From assembly GCA_023132255.1 (NCBI GenBank), contig JAGLYK010000015.1, positions 1-51,234 of the forward strand: a stretch of DNA of 51,234 nt, read 5' to 3'. The DNA comes from Candidatus Pacearchaeota archaeon. GTDB lineage: Archaea > Nanobdellota > Nanobdellia > Pacearchaeales > GW2011-AR1. The notes below the pieces were generated by a model that did not search any database, was not told where the DNA came from, and saw only the letters and a program-made list of their open reading frames with translations. Position numbers and translations under genes: made by a program. Each line of letters starts with the position of its first letter. Position 1 is the stretch's first letter. This document shows positions 17,569 through 27,585 of the stretch, one piece after another.

Positions 17569-17620
17569 TAAAATTTTTACTTTCTTTTTTTACATTGATT
17601 TTATAACATACATTTCAGAA

Positions 17621-18235
17621 TTATTTTCTATACACAATCACAATATCTTCATCTGTTCCTTCTGCTTTTCTCGCTTCATCAAAAATATTTCTTGGAACAG
17701 GCATAAATTCTTTAGGATTATTTAATCCATGATTGTGAACATACACATTTTGTTTATCAAATCCAACAATAGGAACAAAATGTCCTTGATAACCTTTTTC
17801 TTTTCTCGCTTTTACAATATTCCAATCCAAAAGAATAATTGGAACACTATCTTTTTTTACAAATCCTAAAAGTTCCTTTAGGGATAGTATTTTTTCTTGA
17901 ACATTTACTCCTGCTAATTTTGCATCTTCCACCAATTTTTTTGATTGCTTCAATAAATTTATATCACTATATTTTCTGTAAAAATCGTGTTTCATATGCT
18001 CTTCATTAAATAAAATGTGTTTTGAATAAAAATCTGTTTTAAATCTTGAAGATGCAGAAGCCGTCGCGATTTGGATTGTTGAAATTCCTTTTCCTTTTTT
18101 TATTCCTGTTTTTACTTCCAAAACATCCACTTTTTCATCTTTTCCGAAATAGGCAAGAATCATTCTTAATGCAGTTGGTCCGCAATTCAGTGGTTTTGTT
18201 TGTTTGAAAAAAGGTATTTGTAGTTTCATAATCAT
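17621..18235 (-). CDS. peptidase C39-like domain protein
   Basis: PFFKQTKPLNCGPTALRMILAYFG contains the catalytic-Cys context of C39-like papain-fold peptidases. A downstream GHFVPIVG supplies a His. Confidence 0.6.
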   Translation of the reverse strand: MIMKLQIPFFKQTKPLNCGPTALRMILAYFGKDEKVDVLEVKTGIKKGKGISTIQIATASASSRFKTDFYSKHILFNEEHMKHDFYRKYSDINLLKQSKKLVEDAKLAGVNVQEKILSLKELLGFVKKDSVPIILLDWNIVKARKEKGYQGHFVPIVGFDKQNVYVHNHGLNNPKEFMPVPRNIFDEARKAEGTDEDIVIVYRK

Positions 18236-18288
18236 AACAAGATTAAAATCATTTAAATAATTATTTACTATTTCTTATAAGTTTTTTT

Positions 18289-19437
18289 CTAAACCCTCAA
18301 CAAAACCTCTCTCCCGGTTTTCATAAACTTAATCTTAAACTTTTTTTTCTTGACTTCCTGTGCACCAACAAAAATAACTTTTTTAATTCCATAATAATTC
18401 GCATACTCCAATGCTTTTGACGGCTTTCCAAAAAAAACAGAAACATTCTTGCCTTGTTTTCTAAGTTTCTCTGCAAGCTTAATTGCCTCCTTATCCTTTC
18501 CAAGAGAAACAATCAACATTTTTTCAATGTTAATAATCATATTTGTAATTTTCATTAATCTTTCAATACACAACGAAATCCCTGTTGCCTGAGTTTCTCC
18601 GACAAGATATGAACCCCCTCCGCAAATCGTTTCCTTCATTCCTTCTCCTTTAATTTCAAAAACACTGCCATTGTAATAAGAAAGTCCTCTTGCTAAAAAA
18701 GGAGAAAAAACAATTTTCAATCCATACATCACACACGCATTCTTTAACTTTTTAATCTCTGAATAAGATTTATACTTTTCAAAAAACTTCTCAGGTTTCT
18801 TAAAAACATCCAAAACTTTCTCAGCACCAAACTTCTTCAGATTTGCCCTGACTTCTTTCTCAGGCAATTTGTCTAATTTATCCAATTCCCTGATTACTTC
18901 TTCTTTTTTCCTAATCCCCTGCTCTTCCAAAATTTCATTTAACAATTTCCGATTATTCACATAAATGACTGACTTAATTTTTAACTTGTTTAAAATCTCT
19001 TTTGCCACAGCCAAAACTTCTGCTTCATTTTTTATTGTAGAACCAATAACATCAATATCACAATGGGTAAACTGCCTAAACCTATTCCCTGTCGCAGGTT
19101 CGTCCCGAAAAACAGGCCCAATCTGAAATCTCTTGTAAGGAAGTTTTTTGTTTTTTGCAATTCTTTTCAACTGAAAAGTAAACTCATATCTCAAAGCCAG
19201 TTTCCTCCTGCCTTTATCTGTTAATTTATAAACATCAGAAACAGCCTCGTCATTTGGATTTTCCCCTCTCACAAATTCCTCTGACTCAATTATCGGCGTC
19301 AGAACCTGCTCAAAATTATACTGCTCAAAAGTTCTCCGAATAACCTCTCTAATCACTGAAAATTTCTCAGCATCTTTTCCTGTAAAATCCCGAAATCCTT
19401 TAACTATATCTATTTTCATTTCCATTCCCCTCCACAT
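18289..19437 (-). CDS. hisS: histidine--tRNA ligase (short form)
   Basis: Class II motifs: KGFRDF, RFQIGPVFRDEPATGNRFRQFTHCDIDVIG, GGGSYLV. The C-terminal anticodon-binding-like a/b domain is present. The real start is probably a few codons inside. Confidence 0.85.
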   Translation of the reverse strand: MWRGMEMKIDIVKGFRDFTGKDAEKFSVIREVIRRTFEQYNFEQVLTPIIESEEFVRGENPNDEAVSDVYKLTDKGRRKLALRYEFTFQLKRIAKNKKLPYKRFQIGPVFRDEPATGNRFRQFTHCDIDVIGSTIKNEAEVLAVAKEILNKLKIKSVIYVNNRKLLNEILEEQGIRKKEEVIRELDKLDKLPEKEVRANLKKFGAEKVLDVFKKPEKFFEKYKSYSEIKKLKNACVMYGLKIVFSPFLARGLSYYNGSVFEIKGEGMKETICGGGSYLVGETQATGISLCIERLMKITNMIINIEKMLIVSLGKDKEAIKLAEKLRKQGKNVSVFFGKPSKALEYANYYGIKKVIFVGAQEVKKKKFKIKFMKTGREVLLRV

Positions 19438-20204
19438 TCTTCTTCTATTAAATAGTACTCACTATAAATACATATTGGAATTTTTTGTTCCTTCAAAGGA
19501 TCAGTACAAAAAGGGCAATCTATTCTGAATGTTATTTCTTTAACACCAATTGTTAAATTCTCATTCATCCAATTTTTGAAAATAACAAACCGAGAAGTTT
19601 CATACTCTAAACTAGTTAAATTTTGTACAATGAAAAAGCCATGTTCATTTACATTTGGCCCCTCTTCCCCTCTTCCAACAAAAGAACTATTCGGAGAAAA
19701 AAGAACCCTAGCATAAGGAGCAACAGCTTTTCCAAGATTGGTAATACCAATAGAGATCATTCTACCCTTTTCATTAAAATCCTCTAAATTATATTTAACA
19801 TATCCTTGTGAGGAACTTAGAAATAAATCTGCCTTATTTGATTGTGAAGTTCTATCTAAAATCTCTGCTTGCTGTTTAGAAATTCCTATTTGTGTCGCAT
19901 CTAGTTTAGCTTGTTCTAATAAAATATAAGATTGCACCATAAGAACTAGAATTGTTACAACACTAAAAATAATTTTAATATACAAATTTCTATCTTCTTT
20001 GTCCCCCCTCATAATCATGTCCATACAAGCAAACATTAAAAAGAGAGCTAAAGCAGAAAACATGAATACAAAAGCCCAATCTAAACTAAGAAAGGATCTT
20101 AATAGAAAAGAGATTACTAAACTAATAGCGACTATTATTATTAGTCCTATCAGATATTTTTTTTGGAATCTATTTAGATTCTCTACTGATAAAATATTTT
20201 TCAT
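19416..20204 (-). CDS. hypothetical membrane-anchored protein
   Basis: The ORF track start (20273) overlaps tRNA-His. The ATG at 20204 (MKNILSVENL...) precedes the TM segments. Confidence 0.5.
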   Translation of the reverse strand: MKNILSVENLNRFQKKYLIGLIIIVAISLVISFLLRSFLSLDWAFVFMFSALALFLMFACMDMIMRGDKEDRNLYIKIIFSVVTILVLMVQSYILLEQAKLDATQIGISKQQAEILDRTSQSNKADLFLSSSQGYVKYNLEDFNEKGRMISIGITNLGKAVAPYARVLFSPNSSFVGRGEEGPNVNEHGFFIVQNLTSLEYETSRFVIFKNWMNENLTIGVKEITFRIDCPFCTDPLKEQKIPICIYSEYYLIEEECGGEWK

Positions 20205-20226
20205 TTCAATTCCTCCTTTGTTTGAG

Positions 20227-20298
20227 GGTGGAAGCCGGGAGTTGAACCCAGACTTTGCGGACCACAACCACACGCGCTACCATTACGCTACATCCACC
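20227..20298 (-). tRNA. tRNA-His (GTG) with genome-encoded G-1
   Basis: G-GTGGATG acceptor (one T-T mismatch), anticodon arm TGTGG-TTGTGGT-CCGCA, T arm CTGGG-TTCAACT-CCCGG. Discriminator C can pair with G-1. Confidence 0.85.
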
Positions 20299-20451
20299 AT
20301 AATTTAACAAAGAAAAATCTAATTTATAAGGTTTTTCAGAAATAAAGTCGCAACTAGAAAAAACCTTCCTTATGATGCCGATAATTCCTAGTATTTATCA
20401 TAAAACTACCACAAAAAAAGCATTTTTAAACTTAACTAATTATATATTTTT

Positions 20452-21030
20452 ATGATTAAATATTTCGTCGCAGGATTCCTCACAAAACTAATCACAGGTG
20501 TGGACGACACTCTGACCCAAATTCCTTTAATCTCAAATTTCACACAAACAAAAAAAGGAAAGATTGCATATTCAATCGGAATAATTCTTGCAATCTCCCT
20601 CGCAGTTTTACTTTCTGTGCTGTTTATTCAAATCCTGATAAAAATCCCAAATTACAGATATTTTGCAGCAGGGTTAATTTTTATTTTAGCGATTATTATT
20701 TATTTTGATATCTTTGACACTGAAGAAAAAAAGAAACTAAAAAAGAAACTAAAAAAACTAAAACCAATTTCAAGGAAGAGATTTTTGAGATTAATCTTAA
20801 TTGGTTTCCTCGCATCCTTCGCTACAATAATCGACGACACAATTGCCTTTTCTTCAATTTTATTTCAAAATCAAGTTTTTGTCATCTCAGGAATTTTCCT
20901 CGCCGCATTTACAGAAATATTTTTAATCCTGACTTTCTCAAAGCAAATAAATAAACTAAAATACAAAAAAGAAATTTCAACAATCGGATTGATAATATTA
21001 AGTTTTTTAGTTTTTTTTGGAGTGATATGA
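20452..21030 (+). CDS. hypothetical polytopic membrane protein
   Basis: 192 aa, about 5 TM segments and a central KKKLKKKLKKLK loop. Confidence 0.5.
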   Translation: MIKYFVAGFLTKLITGVDDTLTQIPLISNFTQTKKGKIAYSIGIILAISLAVLLSVLFIQILIKIPNYRYFAAGLIFILAIIIYFDIFDTEEKKKLKKKLKKLKPISRKRFLRLILIGFLASFATIIDDTIAFSSILFQNQVFVISGIFLAAFTEIFLILTFSKQINKLKYKKEISTIGLIILSFLVFFGVI

Positions 21031-22199
21031 AAAAATACGAATTGCTCGCACCAGTGGGAAATTTTCCAATGTTAGTCACAGCCATAAATGCAGGAGCAGA
21101 TGCTGTTTATTTCGCATTAAAAGAATACAACATGCGCGCAAATGCAAAAAACTTTATGATTAAAGATTTGAACGAAATAGAAAAAATCTGCAAGCCAAAA
21201 AAAATTAAAAGATATTTAACTCTAAACACAATAATCTACAACAACGAAATAGAAAAAATAGAAAAAATAATAAAAAAAGTAAAAAATAAAATTGATGCAA
21301 TTATCTGCTGGGACTTTGCAGTCATTAATCTCTGCAAAAAACACAAAGTGGCTTTTGTAATTTCAACTCAGGCTTCAATTTCAAATATAGAATCTGCAAA
21401 ATTCTACAAAAAACTTGGAGCAAAAAAAGTTGTATTAGCAAGAGAATTGAACCTAAAACAAATCAGGGAAATCTCAAAAATAATTGATGTGGAATGTTTT
21501 GCACACGGAGCAATGTGTGTCTCAATTTCAGGGAGATGTTTTACTTCACAATTTTTATTTAACAAATCTGCAAATAGGGGAGAGTGCATCCAACCTTGCA
21601 GAAGGAGCTACATCGTCAAAGACAAACAAGAAGGCTACGAACTAAAATTAAAACACAATAAAGTTCTCTCTGCAAAAGATTTGTGCACCCTGCCTTTTAT
21701 CGAAGACATGAAAAAAGCAGGTATAACAACTTTCAAAATTGAGGGCAGAAACAGGGACCCAAGATATGTGGATACTGTGGTAAAAATTTACAGAAAAGCA
21801 TTGGACAGAAAATTATCAAAAAAAGAAATTAAACAAGGATTAAAAGAACTGAAAAAAGTTTACAACAGGGAATTCTCCTCAGGATTTTTCCTCGGGCTCC
21901 CAACTTCAGACGATTTTTCCACAGTAGAGCACAGCGCAGCAACAGAAAAAAAACACTTCGTGGGAAAAGTCTCGCATTATTTTCCAAAGATAAAAGTTGC
22001 AACAATTAAATTAGTTTCAGAATTAAAAATCGGAGACGAGATTTTAATCATCGGGAAAACAACTGGCTTAAAAAAATCAAAAGTCCAAAGTATGGAAATA
22101 AAAAATAAACCAGTACAAAGAGGGAAAAAAGGAGATAAAATAGAAACAAGACTTCCTCAAGTAAGAAAAAACGACGAAGTCTATGTAATCAAAAAATAA
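21027..22199 (+). CDS. peptidase U32 family protein
   Basis: N-terminal ELLAPVGNFPMLVTAINAGADAVYF, plus FAHGAMCVSISGRC and ECIQPCRR motifs typical of U32. Confidence 0.85.
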   Translation: MKKYELLAPVGNFPMLVTAINAGADAVYFALKEYNMRANAKNFMIKDLNEIEKICKPKKIKRYLTLNTIIYNNEIEKIEKIIKKVKNKIDAIICWDFAVINLCKKHKVAFVISTQASISNIESAKFYKKLGAKKVVLARELNLKQIREISKIIDVECFAHGAMCVSISGRCFTSQFLFNKSANRGECIQPCRRSYIVKDKQEGYELKLKHNKVLSAKDLCTLPFIEDMKKAGITTFKIEGRNRDPRYVDTVVKIYRKALDRKLSKKEIKQGLKELKKVYNREFSSGFFLGLPTSDDFSTVEHSAATEKKHFVGKVSHYFPKIKVATIKLVSELKIGDEILIIGKTTGLKKSKVQSMEIKNKPVQRGKKGDKIETRLPQVRKNDEVYVIKK

Positions 22200-22217
22200 A
22201 AATTTAAATTATTGGAA

Positions 22218-22475
22218 TTATACAATACAACAATATTCTCCGCCAATTATTCTTATTTCACCACCAGTACAATTACCATCTTCAGTTGTGACAGTACCTC
22301 CTGCACCTGCACACGTGTTAAAAATATCGCTAGTAGCCTGCTCTGTTTCTAATTGTCCTTCTTCTAAAACATTTTGAACAACATACCATACTGCTCCTAT
22401 TGCAACCAAAACCAAGGCAATAATAATCAGCATTGTTATGACATTTGAAATACCTTTCTTATTTTTATATATCAT
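22218..22475 (-). CDS. archaeal class III signal peptide (pilin/archaellin-like) protein
   Basis: KKGISNVITMLIIIALVLVAIGAVWYVV shows a basic-Gly cleavage context followed by a hydrophobic helix. Small Cys-containing C-domain. Confidence 0.6.
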   Translation of the reverse strand: MIYKNKKGISNVITMLIIIALVLVAIGAVWYVVQNVLEEGQLETEQATSDIFNTCAGAGGTVTTEDGNCTGGEIRIIGGEYCCIV

Positions 22476-22531
22476 TCTTACCTCCTTTCAATAATTTATA
22501 ATTTAATAGATAATAATCTTTTTAAATATTT

Positions 22532-23791
22532 CTAATCTCTGTTAAAGCTATCTAAAAGTTTGAAATACTCGTTCTTATCAATAGTTTTATCTGATTCTGA
22601 CAACCCAATGTTTTCAGAAAATTTCCAAAATGCCAACGGCTTGTAACCCTTTTTCTTCAATGCCTGAATCGTCGGTAATCTTGAATCCCCCCACCCAGAA
22701 TATTTACCCTCTTTAATTCCTTTTGTAATTTCACTCGCAGAAAGTCTCAGTCCTTTAATATGCCATCTTCCCAAATAAGCTTCCCAAGGATATTTTTTTC
22801 CCAAAACTTTATAAATCATTTTTTGCCTTTTTGCATTATCCCTGTGCTCTTTTGCTCTGATAATATGTGTCATTTTCATTTCTATATCATCAACAGTAAC
22901 CGCCAAATTCATCAACGGCCAGACACGATATTTTTTCTTTTGCAATGGATGTGGAGTTTCATTAATTCTTGCCAACGGAAAATCTCTCATCGCAGGATTC
23001 TTGTGCTTCATTCCTTCAGAAGATTTAAATCTTAAAACAGCCTCGCCAACTTTAAATCCTTTTTTCTTGCCTTCAGTAGAAATCTTCTTTGAAGATTTAT
23101 CAGGGTACGCCCGTGGTGCTAACATTCTTTTCCACCTTTCTAAATTTTCCTTAACACTTAATTTTCTGCAAGGACAATTTTTTTCCTGTTCAACAAATTT
23201 TCTAAATTCATCTCCAGAACAAGTGCAAACATAAGCTGCTTTTTTATCAATCAACCTCCTCACATATTTGTAATAAATTTCCATTCTTTCAGACTGAATC
23301 ACAATCTTCGCTTTGTTGTCAAAAAGCCATTTTGAATCTTGCTCGATTAATTTGTAAGCTTTTGGATAAATATTTTCTGGGTTTGTATCCTCTATCCGAA
23401 CATAAAACTTCCCACCATACTTCATCACAAAATCAAAAGAAATACACGCAGTCATTGCATGTCCAATATGAAATGCCCCAGACGGCGACGGTGCAAATCG
23501 CATTACAACCCTGTGGTTTTTTGCACCAGAAAGTTCAGGCAAGCCCTCGCGAACTTTCCTCTTTGAAACTTCTTTTTCTAATTTTTCAAATTCTTTTTTC
23601 TGCTCCTCCAAACTTAAACCATTAACTTCTTTCACTATCTCAGAAATTTTCTTAATGTATTTTTTAACATCTTGCTTTTTTAATCCCTCATTAAACAGCG
23701 CAGAAATCACTGAGCCAATCTGTGCTTTTCCGTTGTATGAAAGTGCGTTTTTTAAGGCGTATGCGTGGGTTTTTTTGTTTAGATTTTTCAT
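22532..23791 (-). CDS. gltX: glutamate--tRNA ligase, archaeal type, lacking the C-terminal anticodon-binding domain
   Basis: GatB/YqeY-like N-domain (YALKNALSYNGKAQIGSVI), HIGH motif (SGAFHIGHA), THIIRAKEH, and LRLSAS in the KMSKS position. The ORF ends at 419 aa. Confidence 0.85.
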   Translation of the reverse strand: MKNLNKKTHAYALKNALSYNGKAQIGSVISALFNEGLKKQDVKKYIKKISEIVKEVNGLSLEEQKKEFEKLEKEVSKRKVREGLPELSGAKNHRVVMRFAPSPSGAFHIGHAMTACISFDFVMKYGGKFYVRIEDTNPENIYPKAYKLIEQDSKWLFDNKAKIVIQSERMEIYYKYVRRLIDKKAAYVCTCSGDEFRKFVEQEKNCPCRKLSVKENLERWKRMLAPRAYPDKSSKKISTEGKKKGFKVGEAVLRFKSSEGMKHKNPAMRDFPLARINETPHPLQKKKYRVWPLMNLAVTVDDIEMKMTHIIRAKEHRDNAKRQKMIYKVLGKKYPWEAYLGRWHIKGLRLSASEITKGIKEGKYSGWGDSRLPTIQALKKKGYKPLAFWKFSENIGLSESDKTIDKNEYFKLLDSFNRD

Positions 23792-24999
23792 TTCAAATTC
23801 TCCTTTAATTTATTTAATCCAAGTGCATCATCTAAAACTCCAAAATTTTTTATGTTAAAACCTTTCTTTTTTATATTTTTAACATGTAACTTAATAGCTT
23901 CTTTGTATGTAAGTTTCTTATTAATTAAAATTTTTGTGTATTTGACAATTTTAGGAATTTTCTTATCCAAATTTTTTGGATTCATATGAGGGATTTTTCC
24001 CCATTTTCCACTAAAATTTCCAGTATGCTTAGAATATTTTCCTTTCCCAACATAAGGATATTTTTTATCGTCAGGAAATACAGAATAAAAAGGCACATCA
24101 TTAAAAAAATATTCTGGCCAGTCTCCACCAGAAATTGCTAACCAAGGAGTATTGACACATGGAACTAAAAATGCAAAACCAGTGTGAGGGGCAATAAAAA
24201 TATTACACATTTTTAATAAAGCCAATTGATTCCATAAACCAATATCATAACAATCAATAACATTATCTAATTTCTTTAATTGTTCTATATTTTTCTTAGT
24301 GTATGCTTGAGTATTGGTTCTGCCTTTTTTTGACTCACTAACTCCAGTTAAATAAATTTTCAAATTATGAATTTCTTTATTTAGTGATTTAATAATCTTC
24401 ATCCAAGTTTTTATAGAAGGGTAATAAGCATAACCTGCAGAACCACCCAACATAATACAAATTTTAGAACCCTTGTGGCTGTATTTTTTCTTTATAAAAT
24501 TTAATGATTTCTTAGGCAAGTTTAATTCAATCTTGCTATTTGGTTTATATTTTAATTCTTTAGGATATTTTTCTTTTTCCCAAATATTACCCTGCCACCT
24601 TACATCAAAAACTTTTTGAGATAACTCATAATAATTCACATAAGCTTTTTCTATGGACCATAATTTTTTTCTTCCTGCAACTTCATCAAGAATCCTGAAG
24701 TCATGAAGAACATAATCCCATTTCTTTGGAATTGCCTCAAGGGATTTAGCTTTCTCTCCGTTCTTCAAAATATCCTTTGTATCCACAGCATAAAATTTCT
24801 TTATCCAAGGACAAGCTTTTGTTAATTCATAAGTTGTTTCTTTATTCAAAGCAACATGAATTTCAATATTTTTATTCGCATTGTAAAACCCTTTAGACAT
24901 TTTTAATGCTTCAAGAACATGTCCAACAGGAGTGTAATAAACATGGTTTATTAGTATTTTCATTTTAGTCTCTCCATAAACTCTCAAAGAAATCATCAT
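23788..24999 (-). CDS. putative glycosyltransferase (GT9/heptosyltransferase-like fold)
   Basis: MLGGSAGYAYYP and HTGFAFLVPCVNTPWLAISGG resemble GT9 donor-binding motifs. The start is probably the ATG at 24963 (MKILINHV). Confidence 0.4.
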   Translation of the reverse strand: MMISLRVYGETKMKILINHVYYTPVGHVLEALKMSKGFYNANKNIEIHVALNKETTYELTKACPWIKKFYAVDTKDILKNGEKAKSLEAIPKKWDYVLHDFRILDEVAGRKKLWSIEKAYVNYYELSQKVFDVRWQGNIWEKEKYPKELKYKPNSKIELNLPKKSLNFIKKKYSHKGSKICIMLGGSAGYAYYPSIKTWMKIIKSLNKEIHNLKIYLTGVSESKKGRTNTQAYTKKNIEQLKKLDNVIDCYDIGLWNQLALLKMCNIFIAPHTGFAFLVPCVNTPWLAISGGDWPEYFFNDVPFYSVFPDDKKYPYVGKGKYSKHTGNFSGKWGKIPHMNPKNLDKKIPKIVKYTKILINKKLTYKEAIKLHVKNIKKKGFNIKNFGVLDDALGLNKLKENLK

Positions 25000-25007
25000 T
25001 AATAAAT

Positions 25008-25403
25008 TTAATCATAATTCCTAACACCTGACTTTCTTTCCAAAACATCTATCCGTTGCTGAAGATGGTAAATCTGGTTTGACAAATCTTCTATCTTAGT
25101 TGTCATGTCTAAAAGTCTTTTTGCAAGTTTTCTTTTTTTCTCATCAACAGAAGAAACATTGCCCCCGAATATTCCATCCTGCATATCAGGGGGTACACCT
25201 TTAGGTGCTAATCCGGAATTTGCAGATGAATCATTTTTGGAGATAGTATTTGCAATTGCACCAAAAAACCCAAGACCTCCTGCATTTTCAGAAGGACCCG
25301 AGGATTCCTGTAAATCCTGCTCCATCTCTTCAGTACGCGCTTGCTGTCTTTCATATCTCTTGGTTAAATCAAGAATCCTATTTTTCCTTTTAAACCATTT
25401 CAT
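25008..25403 (-). CDS. hypothetical coiled-coil protein with a disordered centre
   Basis: 131 aa. Basic N-terminus, C-terminal heptad-like region, and a central APKGVPPDM module. Confidence 0.5.
   Translation of the reverse strand: MKWFKRKNRILDLTKRYERQQARTEEMEQDLQESSGPSENAGGLGFFGAIANTISKNDSSANSGLAPKGVPPDMQDGIFGGNVSSVDEKKRKLAKRLLDMTTKIEDLSNQIYHLQQRIDVLERKSGVRNYD
25186..25210 (-). repeat. GGTGTACC-core module in frame (APKGVPPDM)
   Basis: Coding strand reads GCACCTAAAGGTGTACCCCCTGATATG. Core at 25192-25199. Confidence 0.6.
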
Positions 25404-25487
25404 AAGAAATAAAATATTTTCATTTATTTAAATTTAACTGATGAAACATTTTTTAAATAAGTTTAATTTAATATCAAAAAGAAGAAA

Positions 25488-26459
25488 ATGAAACTAACAA
25501 AAAAAGAGGCACAGAGAATATCTGAAGAATATTTCTTAGGGGAAATAAAAAAGATGGAAAAACTAGAAGGTGGAAGAAATAATTTGAACTATCTGATTAA
25601 AACCAAAAAAGGAAAATATGTGATAAGAATAATACAAAATAAACAAAACCGAGAAAGAGAATTAATACAATTAAAAGTTTTAAAATTTCTTCAAGAAAAA
25701 AATTTTCCTTATGAAGTTCCAATACCAATCAAAAATAGAGAGAAAAAAGTATTTTCTAATTGGAAAAAATATTTGCTTTGGGTTTATTCTTTTATTGAAG
25801 GAAAGACTATTGATGAGAGAAAAATTTTATCAATAAATAAGATTAAAGAGATTGCTAAAGTTTTAGCAATTTACCATAAACAAATAAGAAAATTTCAAAT
25901 AAAAAATTTAAGAAAAAATAATCCACCAAAATTTTATCTTCAAGAATATTCAAAATTAAAGAAGAAATCAGTAAAAAACAAAATAGATAAATACTTTCTA
26001 AACAACGAAGAATTTTTTGTAAGGTTTATTAAAAGGATTAATTCGCTTAAAAAAACAGGGGAAGAATTAATTGTCCATACAGATTTATCTCAAAAAAATA
26101 TTATATTTAAAAACCAGAAGATAGTAGGTATAATTGATTTTGAAGTATGGGATGTGGCTCCAAAAATTCTTGATATTGCTTACACTTCAGAATATTGTTG
26201 TAAAACAAAGAAAGGATCTAGTAAGAAGAGATTAAATATATTTTTAGAAGAATACAAGAAACACAACAAATTAACAAAAATAGAAAAAGACAATGTTCCA
26301 TTATTTATCGCTTATGATTATAGTATAGGTTTTTGGTGGAACTATACACAATATAATACAACTATTAATAACAAGCTAGATGGAATGAAAGCAATGAGAA
26401 ATAGACTTAATGATTTTTTACAACAATTTCCAGAATTAAAAAAGATTAGAAAGGTTTAA
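25488..26459 (+). CDS. aminoglycoside phosphotransferase (APH)/homoserine kinase II-like kinase
   Basis: VHTDLSQKNIIF (catalytic loop) and IIDFE (DFG-equivalent) motifs. 323 aa. Confidence 0.75.
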   Translation: MKLTKKEAQRISEEYFLGEIKKMEKLEGGRNNLNYLIKTKKGKYVIRIIQNKQNRERELIQLKVLKFLQEKNFPYEVPIPIKNREKKVFSNWKKYLLWVYSFIEGKTIDERKILSINKIKEIAKVLAIYHKQIRKFQIKNLRKNNPPKFYLQEYSKLKKKSVKNKIDKYFLNNEEFFVRFIKRINSLKKTGEELIVHTDLSQKNIIFKNQKIVGIIDFEVWDVAPKILDIAYTSEYCCKTKKGSSKKRLNIFLEEYKKHNKLTKIEKDNVPLFIAYDYSIGFWWNYTQYNTTINNKLDGMKAMRNRLNDFLQQFPELKKIRKV

Positions 26460-26622
26460 AAATTCTGAAATAATAAATTTATTATGAATAAAGAAGCAAA
26501 ATTAGATAGAGAATTATTTCTTTTTAGACTTGTCTCTATTTTTAATCTTCTTAACCTAGACTAAATTCTCCTCATTGTAGGGGAGAACTATGTAAAATTT
26601 CTAAACTTAATAAAACTCTAAT

Positions 26623-27543
26623 ATGGCACTTCCACCTGATATCCAAAAACAGAAAATAAGAAAAAGATTGACTGGCTTAGAAGGAAAAGCCAGACTAAAT
26701 GAAATTAAAAAAATTCTTGAAGAATTGCCGGGCTATAAAACAGGAGATTATGGGCAAATAAGAAAATCTTTGATGAAGGAGATTGAAACAACAAAAACTC
26801 GTTCTAAAATAAAACATCAGGATTGGTTGGGCGTGTCAAGACAAGGACATAAACAATTTTGTTTAGTTGGAGCACCAAGTGCAGGAAAAAGTTCCTTGCT
26901 TTCAAAATTATCGGGGATGAAGATAAAAACAGCAGAATATGACTTTACAACATTAAAACCTATTCCTGCAGTTGTAAAATTAAATGGGGCTCAAATACAA
27001 ATAGTGGATTTGCCGGGATTAATTGAGGGAGCAACAGAAGATGCAGGAAGAGGAAAAAGATTAATTGGAATTGTTAAAAACACCGATGGAATTTTATTTA
27101 TGATTGATTTGGCAAAAGATTACTCTAAAGCTGAAAAAGTTTATAATGAATTGGTTAAGGCAAACATTCAAAAACCAATTATTTTTATTGGAAATAAAAT
27201 TGATTTACCTTCTGCAAATGAGAACGCGATAAAATTAAAAAATAAATTTAAAGATTTAATTCTCTTGTCCACTTTAACAGGAGAAGGCATAGGATATTTG
27301 AAAAAAGAAATTTGGGAAAAATCAAATCTTATAAGGGTTTATACTGAAAAAACAGACGAGCCAATGATTTTAAAAAAAGGTTCTTCTGTTGAAGATTTGG
27401 TAAAAAAAATTCATAAGAATTTATTGGAAAAATTCAAAACAGCTATTATAAGCGGGCCGAGTGCCAAGTTCTCAAATCAACGAGTTGGATTAAATCACAC
27501 TTTGAAAGATAACGATAAAGTTGAAATAGTTTCTGAAAGATAA
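26623..27543 (+). CDS. DRG/Obg-family GTPase with C-terminal TGS domain
   Basis: G1 GAPSAGKSS, G3 DLPGLIEGA, G4 NKID, TGS-like C-terminus (IRVYTEK...DNDKVEIV). Confidence 0.85.
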   Translation: MALPPDIQKQKIRKRLTGLEGKARLNEIKKILEELPGYKTGDYGQIRKSLMKEIETTKTRSKIKHQDWLGVSRQGHKQFCLVGAPSAGKSSLLSKLSGMKIKTAEYDFTTLKPIPAVVKLNGAQIQIVDLPGLIEGATEDAGRGKRLIGIVKNTDGILFMIDLAKDYSKAEKVYNELVKANIQKPIIFIGNKIDLPSANENAIKLKNKFKDLILLSTLTGEGIGYLKKEIWEKSNLIRVYTEKTDEPMILKKGSSVEDLVKKIHKNLLEKFKTAIISGPSAKFSNQRVGLNHTLKDNDKVEIVSER

Positions 27544-27585
27544 GTTTTCAAAAGCATTTTTAAACACAAATCTCTTAATTAAAAC

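Noticed and set aside
20205-20273. N-terminal 23 codons of track ORF 19416..20273 (MWLWSAKSGFNSRLPPSNKGGIE)
   Set aside because: This stretch overlaps tRNA-His on the same strand. The internal ATG at 20204, directly before the TM region, is the plausible start.
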